Of a stretch of DNA of 32,000 bases, positions 9,412-16,459 are shown piece by piece. Position numbers and translations under genes: made by a program. The notes under the pieces are model-generated. The model was not told where the DNA came from and ran no database searches. It saw nothing but the letters and a program-made list of their open reading frames with translations. Where the stretch lies: assembly GCF_003945235.1 (NCBI RefSeq), contig NZ_RSDW01000001.1:3090001-3122000 (forward strand), written 5' to 3'. Position 1 is the stretch's first letter, and each line of letters starts with the position of its first letter. The DNA is from Edaphobacter aggregans. Lineage in GTDB: Bacteria; Acidobacteriota; Terriglobia; Terriglobales; Acidobacteriaceae.

Positions 9412-9470
9412 CCCAAGGCTTTAGCCTTGGGCCTCTTTCGGGTCTGAAAAATAATGGGGGCTTTAGCCCC
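9412..9470. repeat. Twin GC-stem hairpins sharing the core GGCTTTAGCC (REP-like intergenic element)
   Basis: Hairpin 1 is CCCAAGGC-TTTA-GCCTTGGG (9412-9431). Hairpin 2 is GGGGC-TTTA-GCCCC (9457-9470). The 10-mer GGCTTTAGCC occurs at 9417-9426 and 9459-9468. Confidence 0.6.
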
Positions 9471-9551
9471 TGGGGTATGCCTCCTGCGTTGCCCGCCACG
9501 CAAAGCAGACGTGATCAACTAACCTGAGCACCAACGAATAGGATCTACACC

Positions 9552-10922
9552 ATGAGCCCCACCGACACCGCCGCATCCCAAGCCCTCACCAGCCAACAAG
9601 TCGTAGACCTCACCCGCCAATACAACTACGGCACCTGGCGATTCCAGCGCAACTGGAACCCGATGCACATCGCCGACGCCGAAGGCTGCTACCTCATCGA
9701 CGGCTCAGGCAAGCGCTACCTCGACTTCTCCTCGCAGCTCATGTGCTCCAACCTCGGCCACAAAAATCAGGCCGTCATCGACGCCATCGCCCACCAGGCG
9801 CAGCAACTCAGCTACGCCATGCCCGGCTACGCCACCACAGCCCGCGCCGAGCTCTCCCAACTCCTCGCCGAAATCCTCCCCAAAGGTCTCCGCAAATTCT
9901 TCTTCACCACCTCCGGCACCGAAGCCAACGAAGCCGCCTTCAAGATCGCCCGCATGTACACCGGCAAATCCAAGATCATCGCGCGCTACCGTTCCTACCA
10001 CGGCTCCACCATCGGCTCCATCGCAGCCACTGGAGACCCCCGCCGATGGGCCATGGAGCCCGGCGGCAAAGGCCCCGGCGTCATCTTCGCTCCCGAAGTT
10101 AACTGCTACAAATGCCCCATCCGCCACACATACCCCGGCTGCAACATCGCCTGCGCCGACTACATCGAGCACATGATCCGCAACGAGTCCGACGTAGCCG
10201 CAGTCCTCGTCGAACCCATCGTCGGCACCAACGGCGTCCTCGTCCCGCCCGACGAGTACATGCCAAAACTCCGCCGCATCTGCGACGAAAACGGCGTCCT
10301 CCTCATCGCCGACGAGGTCATGACCGGCTGGGGCCGCACCGGCGAATGGTTCGCCATGAACCACTGGTCCGTCATCCCCGACATCCTCGTCACCGCCAAG
10401 GGCATCACCTCGGCCTACGTCCCTCTCGGCCTCTGCGCCACCAGCGAAAAGATCGCCGAGTTCTTCCAGGACCACTTCTTCTCCCACGGCCACACCTACG
10501 AAGCCCACCCCATCACCCTCGCCCCCGCCGTAGCGTGCATCCACGAGATGCAGCGCCTCAACCTCGTCGAACGCGCCCGCGAACTAGCCCCCTACGTCGA
10601 AGCCAAACTCAACGACCTCAAATCAAAACACCGCAGCATAGGCGACGTCCGTGGCAAAGGCCTCTTCTGGGCCGTCGACATGGTCAAAGACCGCACCACC
10701 AAAGAGCCCTTCAACACCTACGCCGACAAGGTCTCCGGCAAATCCCTGGTCGTCGACCAGATCGCCGCCAAAATGCTGGCCGACGGAGTCACCATCCAGG
10801 CCTGGGTCTCCCACTTCGTCATAGCCCCACCCCTCATCGTCACCAAAGAAGAGATCGACCGAGGCATAGCCACCCTAGACAAACACCTCACCATAGCCGA
10901 CGAAGCCGCATCGCCTAGCTAG
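9552..10922 (+). CDS. Class-III PLP-dependent aminotransferase; by context beta-alanine:pyruvate (omega-amino acid) transaminase
   Basis: 456 aa. Motifs TSGTEANEAAFK, LIADEVMTGWGRTG and the PLP-lysine context ILVTAKGITSAY are present. It sits between the pyrimidine-ring-opening genes and mmsA. Confidence 0.85.
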   Translation: MSPTDTAASQALTSQQVVDLTRQYNYGTWRFQRNWNPMHIADAEGCYLIDGSGKRYLDFSSQLMCSNLGHKNQAVIDAIAHQAQQLSYAMPGYATTARAELSQLLAEILPKGLRKFFFTTSGTEANEAAFKIARMYTGKSKIIARYRSYHGSTIGSIAATGDPRRWAMEPGGKGPGVIFAPEVNCYKCPIRHTYPGCNIACADYIEHMIRNESDVAAVLVEPIVGTNGVLVPPDEYMPKLRRICDENGVLLIADEVMTGWGRTGEWFAMNHWSVIPDILVTAKGITSAYVPLGLCATSEKIAEFFQDHFFSHGHTYEAHPITLAPAVACIHEMQRLNLVERARELAPYVEAKLNDLKSKHRSIGDVRGKGLFWAVDMVKDRTTKEPFNTYADKVSGKSLVVDQIAAKMLADGVTIQAWVSHFVIAPPLIVTKEEIDRGIATLDKHLTIADEAASPS

Positions 10923-10951
10923 GCTGCATGCAAGTTAGCCAACATCGCTCC

Positions 10952-11005
10952 TGCTTGTCATTCTGACCCTGAGCGAAGCCGAAGGGGAAGAACCCCCGCA
11001 TTTCG
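10952..11005. repeat. Dispersed intergenic repeat, family 1 copy (TGCTTGTCATTCTGACCCTGAGCGAAGCCGAAGGGGAAGAACCCCC..)
   Basis: 48 of 54 positions are identical to 26001-26054 by hand alignment. It lies just after the aminotransferase stop. Confidence 0.8.
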
Positions 11006-11053
11006 TTCGCAGGGCCCCAACTACCTCGGGAAGCCACAAGACCGGTGTGCTCT

Positions 11054-11072
11054 CCAAACTTCCGTATTGCCG
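11054..11072 (+). repeat. Left 19-bp inverted-repeat terminus CCAAACTTCCGTATTGCCG
   Basis: Its exact reverse complement is present at 13198-13216. A 17/19 direct copy lies at 12386-12404. Confidence 0.85.
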
Positions 11073-11194
11073 GTGATACGGCAAAAACATCGCTCGTAGC
11101 GTGGTTTCAGCACCTATCGCTAGTTTAGATAAACCGATAAGCATCTGAACGAAGCGGATATAATTCGGCGCACACGCAGTGGGGGGCGTAATGG

Positions 11195-11584
11195 ATGAGT
11201 GATGATCTGGGCAATCCGGGAGAACCTGTGGCAGAGGTTGACCCGGATGAGCTGAAGGCTTTCTGGCAGGAAACACGCAACCTTCAAGCAGGACATCCCG
11301 GTCAGAATGTTGGTATGGGTCTTCACGTGATGAAAGCCACCTTCAAGCCGGGCGCGAACCTACCAGCGGTCTGGTATCGCTCGGCCATGATTCAGGTGCT
11401 TAACCAAGTAGCGCAAGAGCAGTTGGCTCCTTGGGTCAAGGATGAAGAGGTTTCGGATGCTGTCTTCCGAACGATGGCGACGATTCCGATGGAATGGATT
11501 GGACACACTGACCGAGAAGGCCTGCCCTTCGATGTGGAAGAGTTCTTCCGCCAATTGAGGGAAGACGGTGTGCAGAACGGCTGA
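11195..11584 (+). CDS. Hypothetical acidic 129-aa protein (no recognised domain)
   Basis: Clean ORF with coding-like composition. Its codon preference (G/T-ending: ctg, gat, ggt) differs from the C-ending preference of flanking genes. A perfect TATAAT at 11159-11164 lies upstream. There are no hydrophobic segments. Confidence 0.5.
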   Translation: MSDDLGNPGEPVAEVDPDELKAFWQETRNLQAGHPGQNVGMGLHVMKATFKPGANLPAVWYRSAMIQVLNQVAQEQLAPWVKDEEVSDAVFRTMATIPMEWIGHTDREGLPFDVEEFFRQLREDGVQNG

Positions 11585-11782
11585 CGTCGCCAAGCATGGA
11601 GGGAGCGAATGATGCTAAAGATTGCAATAGTTGTGATTCATGGTCGCGCCGGTATTGTGGCTATCGCCTGTTAGCGTCCGTTGACATCAACCTCCGGTTT
11701 GCCCGTCGTACGTCCTCGGTTGGGTCGTCCTTGGATTGCCACTTCATATGTTGGACTGTCGGATCCACCATGAGTACGATAC

Positions 11783-11795
11783 ATTCGGAAGTTTG
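11783..11795 (-). repeat. Degenerate core copy of the island repeat (CAAACTTCCGAAT on the minus strand)
   Basis: 12/13 match to the CAAACTTCCGTAT core of the 19-mer. It lies 23 nt upstream of the ATG at 11819 and also forms GGAAG-TTTGT-CTTCC. Confidence 0.4.
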
Positions 11796-11818
11796 TCTTC
11801 CCAAAAAAGGAGGGCGGT

Positions 11819-12235
11819 ATGAAGCGTGAGCGCGCTTTGCAGATCGTCTTGGTCTTGGCGGGCTTGTTTTATTCCTTTTGGGGTTACATCTTGTTCGATG
11901 CTCTGTGGCGTTCCAAATGGCTAATTCAGAATGACGACGTTTTGCCGATGTTCGTCAGCCTTAACTTTGTGCTTGGAGTCTTTCTGTTGCTGGCCGTTAA
12001 GCAACCGGCCAGGCATCGCTCGCTGATCGCCTATGGGGCTTGGTCAAGCCTTGCCCATGCGGCCACGATGACGATCCAATCCGCGGAGGCCTGGGCGCAC
12101 GGGATGCACAGGAAAGACAGTCCCCAGGACATTGTGATCATTGGCGTGGTTGGAGTCGCGCTCCTTGCACTCCTTCCGGCAAAACAACCAGCACCGGCCG
12201 GTCCCGTTCCTATCAGTGAGCCGCGTCTTGCCTAA
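11819..12235 (+). CDS. Small 4-TM integral membrane protein (138 aa), uncharacterised
   Basis: A strong RBS AAGGAGGG ends 5 nt before the ATG. There are four hydrophobic helices (ALQIVLVLAGLFYSFWGYILF, MFVSLNFVLGVFLLLAV, LIAYGAWSSLAHAATMTI, IVIIGVVGVALLALL). No catalytic motif was recognised. Confidence 0.6.
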   Translation: MKRERALQIVLVLAGLFYSFWGYILFDALWRSKWLIQNDDVLPMFVSLNFVLGVFLLLAVKQPARHRSLIAYGAWSSLAHAATMTIQSAEAWAHGMHRKDSPQDIVIIGVVGVALLALLPAKQPAPAGPVPISEPRLA

Positions 12236-12385
12236 CGCTAGAGCACCTGGTCCACCGCCGTGCCTGTATCGAGACGCAAGAACGTCCTCAGCGGAGCGCG
12301 GCGATTCGCTCCGTTGAATATGCCCGACGTTGCCGCTGCGTTACTTTTTGATTGTCGGCAACATGGACATTACGACCCAGCTCCG

Positions 12386-12404
12386 CGAAACTTCCGTATG
12401 GCCG
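12386..12404 (+). repeat. Internal copy of the island repeat (CGAAACTTCCGTATGGCCG)
   Basis: 17/19 identical to 11054-11072 and in the same orientation. It ends 12 nt before the stop-codon end of the GIY-YIG ORF and is inverted relative to 13198-13216. Confidence 0.7.
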
Positions 12405-12416
12405 GTTAACAGGGAC

Positions 12417-13181
12417 TTACAGCATCACTTTCGAGAAGCCGACTTGTGATGACTTGATGACGAAAATCACGCCTCGGTCGACCTCGATGTAGTCCTTCGC
12501 CCTCAGCTTATCGTTCTCGATTTTCGCCCACCGCGAGGCGAAGGACTTTAGCGTCCCCGTGTGCTCATAGTTGCTGTAGGTCTTCCAGACGTAGATGACC
12601 TTCGCACCAATGTCGGCCCTAGTGGCGAGCCGCAGGCCCTTGGCCTTGCACTCTGAGATGAATCGTGCATCGTTGTCGACGCTCGACGCCTTATTCCTGA
12701 CAAAGGTTGCGTAGTCGGCGGGAGCGAGGTTGATTAACGGTTCGCCCCGTGTCGGAAGCTCCATGTATATACGGTGTCGTCGCGGGTCACTCTTCAGCAA
12801 ATCGTCCCGATACTTCTCTATGGCCTCATCACTTTGGTGGGGAATCTTCCCCATCTTGTTATAGCCAAATCGAGGGTCAGCGGCGTTGAAGACACGAATC
12901 CACCACGACTCCGCGCTCTCTAGCTTTATCGCTTCTACGACCTCGATAACCCCAAACTTGAACTTATCGACGCCGTACACGCTATAGATGTCCTCGTGGA
13001 GCGGAATGCAGTGGAATCTGTCACAGCTAACATGGTCCGCACAGCGACTTCTGGCCGAATCATCTTTCTCATCCTTGCCGATGTAGATGCGTTTCGTGTC
13101 TTCGTTGCGAATGAAATAAACTGCGCCCATATAAAGGCTCTGACAATGTGATTTGATCCGATGGTCGCATTCTACAGGCAT
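12417..13181 (-). CDS. GIY-YIG nuclease (I-TevI/Seg-like catalytic domain) fused to an unrecognised ~130-aa C-terminal domain
   Basis: Residues 18-110 align by eye with the I-TevI catalytic domain. MGAVYFIRNEDTKRIYIGK matches MKSGIYQIKNTLNNKVYVGS. RSRCADH matches KRWKRH (catalytic Arg). ESAESWWIRVFNAADPRFGYN matches ERENFWIKELNSKINGYN (catalytic Glu and Asn). The more likely start is the internal ATG at 13130 (MGAVYF..), as in I-TevI. Neither candidate start has a clear SD. Confidence 0.7.
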   Translation of the reverse strand: MPVECDHRIKSHCQSLYMGAVYFIRNEDTKRIYIGKDEKDDSARSRCADHVSCDRFHCIPLHEDIYSVYGVDKFKFGVIEVVEAIKLESAESWWIRVFNAADPRFGYNKMGKIPHQSDEAIEKYRDDLLKSDPRRHRIYMELPTRGEPLINLAPADYATFVRNKASSVDNDARFISECKAKGLRLATRADIGAKVIYVWKTYSNYEHTGTLKSFASRWAKIENDKLRAKDYIEVDRGVIFVIKSSQVGFSKVML

Positions 13182-13197
13182 GTCGTGGTCGGATCGT

Positions 13198-13216
13198 CGG
13201 CAATACGGAAGTTTGG
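13198..13216 (-). repeat. Right 19-bp inverted-repeat terminus (CGGCAATACGGAAGTTTGG on + strand)
   Basis: Exact reverse complement of 11054-11072. It lies 16 nt upstream of the longest start of the GIY-YIG ORF. Confidence 0.85.
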
Positions 13217-13442
13217 CCCTTCACGGAATCAGACCACAGCCGCCTTGCGGAATTCGCTTGCCTGGTCGCGCTCCCGCGTCTCGTCGGCGAGCTTGGGTTT
13301 CGGTGACCGATTGAAGCGGCATCTGTCGATGGGCCGATATATCATCCATGCGATCCCATCGCCCGAACCGTTGTTTGCCCTGTCAAGTCCAAAACAGCCA
13401 TAACTGCAATCGAATCAATAACATCAATTTGCCGATTAATTA

Positions 13443-13464
13443 CCACCCACCTGCTAATCTAAAT
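13443..13464. repeat. Direct repeat copy 1: CCACCCA-CCTG-CTAATCTAAAT
   Basis: It shares CCACCCA and CTAATCTAAAT (18 nt in two blocks) with 13623-13643. Confidence 0.55.
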
Positions 13465-13471
13465 ACAGATC

Positions 13472-13499
13472 AAAAAAGAACCCCGACCACCCGTCGGGG
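13472..13499 (-). terminator. Rho-independent terminator (minus strand), probably ending the mmsA transcript
   Basis: Stem CCCCGAC (13481-13487) / GTCGGGG (13493-13499) with a 5-nt loop. On the minus strand the stem is followed by TTCTTTTTT (13480-13472). A weaker T-run (13505-13509) lies on the + side. Confidence 0.7.
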
Positions 13500-13622
13500 C
13501 GTCGTTTTTAAACCAAAAGAAAGGAGACCGCCAAATAACCAAAACAAAATGAATACTTTGCAGAAGCACCATCACGAAACCCGCGAATCCAGAGACTTTG
13601 CGCAAGCCCCAGTCAGACAGGT

Positions 13623-13643
13623 CCACCCATAACTAATCTAAAT
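13623..13643. repeat. Direct repeat copy 2: CCACCCA-TAA-CTAATCTAAAT
   Basis: See 13443-13464. It lies 35 nt beyond the mmsA stop codon. Confidence 0.55.
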
Positions 13644-13677
13644 GGAACACTTTACATAAAAGTGCGAGGGAGGGGTA

Positions 13678-15219
13678 CTACCCCAAAGTCGGCATAGAAG
13701 TATCAACCCCCGTCCGAATCCCCGTAGGCCACCGCGAGGTCACCGTCTTCAACCGCGTATAAAACCGCACCCCCTCCGGCCCATGCACCGAGTGGTCCCC
13801 AAACAGCGATCGCTTCCATCCGCCGAAGCTATGAAACGCCATCGGCACCGGAATCGGCACATTCACCCCGACCATGCCTGCCTGCACCCGATGCGCAAAG
13901 TCCCGAGCCGTGTCGCCATCACGAGTAAAGATCGAGGTCCCATTCCCATACTCATGCTCATTAATGAGCTTCAGCGCGGTCTCAAAATTATTTGTCCGCA
14001 CCACACCAAGCACAGGTCCAAAGATCTCCTCCCGATAGATCCGCATCTCCGGCTTCACATGGTCGAACAGGCAAGCCCCAAGAAAGAACCCTTCGCCTCG
14101 AGCCTGCGCATGCGAACGCCCATCAACAACCAGCTGAGCCCCTTCCTCAGTCCCAAGCTGAACATACCCAGTCACGCGCTCCAGATGAGCCTTCGTAACC
14201 AGCGGCCCCAGTTCTGCGCCTTCCTTCATCCCATCGCCAACCTGCAGCTTCTCAATACGCGTCTCCAGCTTGCCGATCAGAGCATCCGCCGTCGCGCTCC
14301 CCACCGTCACCGCAACCGAGATCGCCATGCACCGCTCGCCCGCGGAACCATAAGCCGCGCCCACAAGAGCATCCGCAGCCTGATCCAGATCCGCATCCGG
14401 CATCACGATCATGTGGTTCTTTGCCCCACCCAGCGCCTGCACACGCTTCCCATGCTTCGTTCCCTCGCGGTACACATACTCCGCAATCGGCGTCGACCCC
14501 ACAAAGCTCACCGCCTGCACCGTAGGATGGGCCAGCAGCGCATCCACCGCGACCTTATCCCCATGCACCACATTGAAGACCCCATCCGGCAGCCCAGCCT
14601 CCTTCAGCATCCCCGCCAGCAGGAGCGAAGCACTCGGATCGCGCTCACTAGGCTTCAGCACGAACGTATTCCCACACGCCAGCGCAATAGGAAACATCCA
14701 CATCGGCACCATAGCCGGAAAGTTGAACGGCGTAATCCCAGCCACCACCCCAAGCGGCTGCCGCATCGACCAGCTATCAATCCCCGACCCCACCTGCTCG
14801 GTAAACTCACCCTTCAGCAGTTGCGGAATCCCCGTAGCGAACTCCACGACCTCCAACCCACGAGTAGCCTCTCCCCGCGCATCCGAGAAGACCTTGCCAT
14901 GCTCACTCGTCAGCAGAGCCGCAACCTCATCCAGCCGCCGCTCAAATATCTCGCGAAACCGAAAGAGCACCCGAGCCCGCCGCAACGCCGGCTGAGCAGA
15001 CCACTCAGGAAACGCGGCAGCCGCCGCCACAACAGCAGCATCCACCTCCGTCGCCGTAGCCATCGCGACCTTTGCCTGCACCTCACCGCTGGCGGGGTTG
15101 TACACATCGCCAAACCGCCCCGATGTCCCAGCCACCAACCGGCCGTTGATCCAGTGTTGTACTTCACGAACCTTGCGATCTGCAGCAGAAGCAGAATTAA
15201 CTGCGGCGAGCGTAGACAT
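13678..15219 (-). CDS. mmsA: CoA-acylating methylmalonate/malonate-semialdehyde dehydrogenase
   Basis: 513 aa. Aldehyde dehydrogenase fold with [18 protein letters not shown] and the catalytic Cys context [10 protein letters not shown]. The overall MmsA-type sequence includes HWINGR..GDVYNPA.. Confidence 0.9.
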   Translation of the reverse strand: MSTLAAVNSASAADRKVREVQHWINGRLVAGTSGRFGDVYNPASGEVQAKVAMATATEVDAAVVAAAAAFPEWSAQPALRRARVLFRFREIFERRLDEVAALLTSEHGKVFSDARGEATRGLEVVEFATGIPQLLKGEFTEQVGSGIDSWSMRQPLGVVAGITPFNFPAMVPMWMFPIALACGNTFVLKPSERDPSASLLLAGMLKEAGLPDGVFNVVHGDKVAVDALLAHPTVQAVSFVGSTPIAEYVYREGTKHGKRVQALGGAKNHMIVMPDADLDQAADALVGAAYGSAGERCMAISVAVTVGSATADALIGKLETRIEKLQVGDGMKEGAELGPLVTKAHLERVTGYVQLGTEEGAQLVVDGRSHAQARGEGFFLGACLFDHVKPEMRIYREEIFGPVLGVVRTNNFETALKLINEHEYGNGTSIFTRDGDTARDFAHRVQAGMVGVNVPIPVPMAFHSFGGWKRSLFGDHSVHGPEGVRFYTRLKTVTSRWPTGIRTGVDTSMPTLG

Positions 15220-15290
15220 AGACGCCTCCGATTCGAGACGACCATCCTATCAGTTGTGCACGTCCTCCGCGATCATCCCGCCACTACGAT

Positions 15291-16295
15291 TCAAGGCAGC
15301 AGCGAGCCAGAACCTTGGAGCTTCTGTTCCAGCAAACGAGGCATATAGAAGCTAAAGAAGTTATCCGAATCAGACCGCAGGCACACAAACGTATTCGCCG
15401 CCCCCGGCTCCTCGCGCGTATACCCCTGATCATCAATGCGAAGCCGCAGCGGCTCAACCGGACACACCGCCGGATCAATCGCATAAGCCACCGCGACCGC
15501 ATCGAACATCGTCGGCGTCTGATTCTTCGTCTCACGCGACCACTGCAAATACAGCAGCGCAATCGCGTCGGTAAGATCCGTACTCCGCGTAAACAGCAGC
15601 TCCCGTTTCGTATCGTCAAGCTTCAGTTGCGTCGAATCGAGCGGCATCACATACAGCGGAACCCCCGACCCAAACACCTTCTTCGCAGCCTCAACATCCA
15701 TCGCGATGTTGTACTCAGGCTCAGGCCCGCGCGTAGGCAGATAGCCAAGGTCGTCATACCCCCGCCGCACCGATCCACCCATCATCACGATGCGCTTCAA
15801 TCGTTTGAAAGTCACAGGATCGCGATCAAGAGCCGCCCCAAGATTCGTCATAGGCCCCAGTGAGATCAGCGTAATCTCCCCCGGTCGCTGTCTGATCTGC
15901 TCCAGCAGAAAGTCCACTGCCTTCGGGTGCTCCCGTGGCGGTTGCCGCTGCGCCCACCGAGCCTGCGAGAAAGCGCCACCCCCCTTGCCATGTTTTTCGA
16001 TACCCACCGCAACAGGAATATCGCTGCGCCCAGTCTCGCTGAGCAAACGATCGAGCAGCCGGGCTCGAAGCTCCGTATCCCCCCAAGCCGACGTGATCCC
16101 TACGATATGCAACTCCGGACTAGACAAAGCCAGCCCCACCGCCAGAGCATCGTCGATATCATCCCCGATATCCGTATCGATGATCACCGGTTGAGCTGCA
16201 ACTGCTGGTCGCGCAGCTGTATTGACCTGCGCCGCACAGCAGCAGCACGCAAGCCACAGTGCAATTCCGGAAATACTCATCGAACGCTGTCTCAC
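15291..16295 (-). CDS. Inosine/uridine-preferring nucleoside hydrolase family protein with N-terminal signal peptide
   Basis: 334 aa. The IUNH signature is VIIDTDIGDDIDDALAVGLAL. The N-terminus is hydrophobic and Cys-rich (IALWLACCCCAAQ). The GTG start at 16295 has GAGGGGA 5 nt upstream; an ATG at 16280 is an alternative. It lies 71 nt upstream of mmsA on the same strand. Confidence 0.85.
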   Translation of the reverse strand: MRQRSMSISGIALWLACCCCAAQVNTAARPAVAAQPVIIDTDIGDDIDDALAVGLALSSPELHIVGITSAWGDTELRARLLDRLLSETGRSDIPVAVGIEKHGKGGGAFSQARWAQRQPPREHPKAVDFLLEQIRQRPGEITLISLGPMTNLGAALDRDPVTFKRLKRIVMMGGSVRRGYDDLGYLPTRGPEPEYNIAMDVEAAKKVFGSGVPLYVMPLDSTQLKLDDTKRELLFTRSTDLTDAIALLYLQWSRETKNQTPTMFDAVAVAYAIDPAVCPVEPLRLRIDDQGYTREEPGAANTFVCLRSDSDNFFSFYMPRLLEQKLQGSGSLLP

Positions 16296-16381
16296 CTGGG
16301 TCCCCTCACTACAAGCATGATCAAGATCATAAACAGCAGACCATCAAATTACCTCTTAGCGCTGCATATAAAAACTCATCC

Positions 16382-16421
16382 CATCAAAAGAAAAGCCCAC
16401 CCCTCTCCCCGAGAAGTGGGC
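16382..16421 (-). terminator. Rho-independent terminator (minus strand)
   Basis: On the minus strand the sequence is GCCCAC-(15-nt loop with an extra CTC/GAG pairing)-GTGGGC followed by TTTTCTTTTGATGG. It lies 40 nt downstream of the stop of the 16460-16648 small ORF. Confidence 0.6.
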
Positions 16422-16459
16422 CAGCGACACAAGGGCTTCAAGTAGCGGATGTAATACAA

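Noticed and set aside
9705-10544. 279-aa minus-strand ORF inside the aminotransferase gene, plus similar ones at 6436-7092, 7099-7917, 25178-25780, 27280-28152, 29521-30195 and 30202-30633
   Set aside because: All are Gly/Asp/Val/Ala-rich antisense translations of genes with clear family motifs on the other strand.
10935-11276. 113-aa minus-strand ORF in the aminotransferase/island gap
   Set aside because: It is built largely from the family 1 repeat and the left inverted repeat, and it overlaps the start of the better-supported 129-aa + strand gene.
11596-11829. 77-aa + strand ORF between the two island cargo genes
   Set aside because: It is Cys/Ser-rich with no RBS and runs into the strongly supported start of the 138-aa gene. 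The alternative 21-codon mini-ORF (11609-11674) at least has an SD, but it remains speculative.
13229-13345. 38-codon minus-strand ORF (MIYRPIDRCRFNRSPKPKLADETRERDQASEFRKAAVV) upstream of the GIY-YIG gene, and the overlapping 80-aa + strand ORF 13161-13403
   Set aside because: The two frames share third-codon positions, so the elevated GC3 cannot discriminate between them. Neither has an RBS or a recognisable motif. One may be a gene remnant, but this is unsupported.
13348-13632. 94-aa + strand ORF in the A/C-rich segment after mmsA
   Set aside because: It reads through a terminator hairpin. Its Asn/Pro/Arg/His-rich composition reflects the nucleotide bias rather than coding.
13783-15348. 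521-aa + strand ORF spanning the whole mmsA locus
   Set aside because: It is the antisense shadow of a confidently identified aldehyde dehydrogenase. The product is an Arg/His/Pro/Gln-rich low-complexity string. Stop-depleted antisense frames are expected at this G+C content and codon bias.
16317-16330. ATGATC-AA-GATCAT inverted repeat 22 nt upstream of the nucleoside hydrolase start, as a possible operator
   Set aside because: A 6-bp arm inverted repeat is expected several times by chance in 32 kb, and there is no second copy or supporting context.
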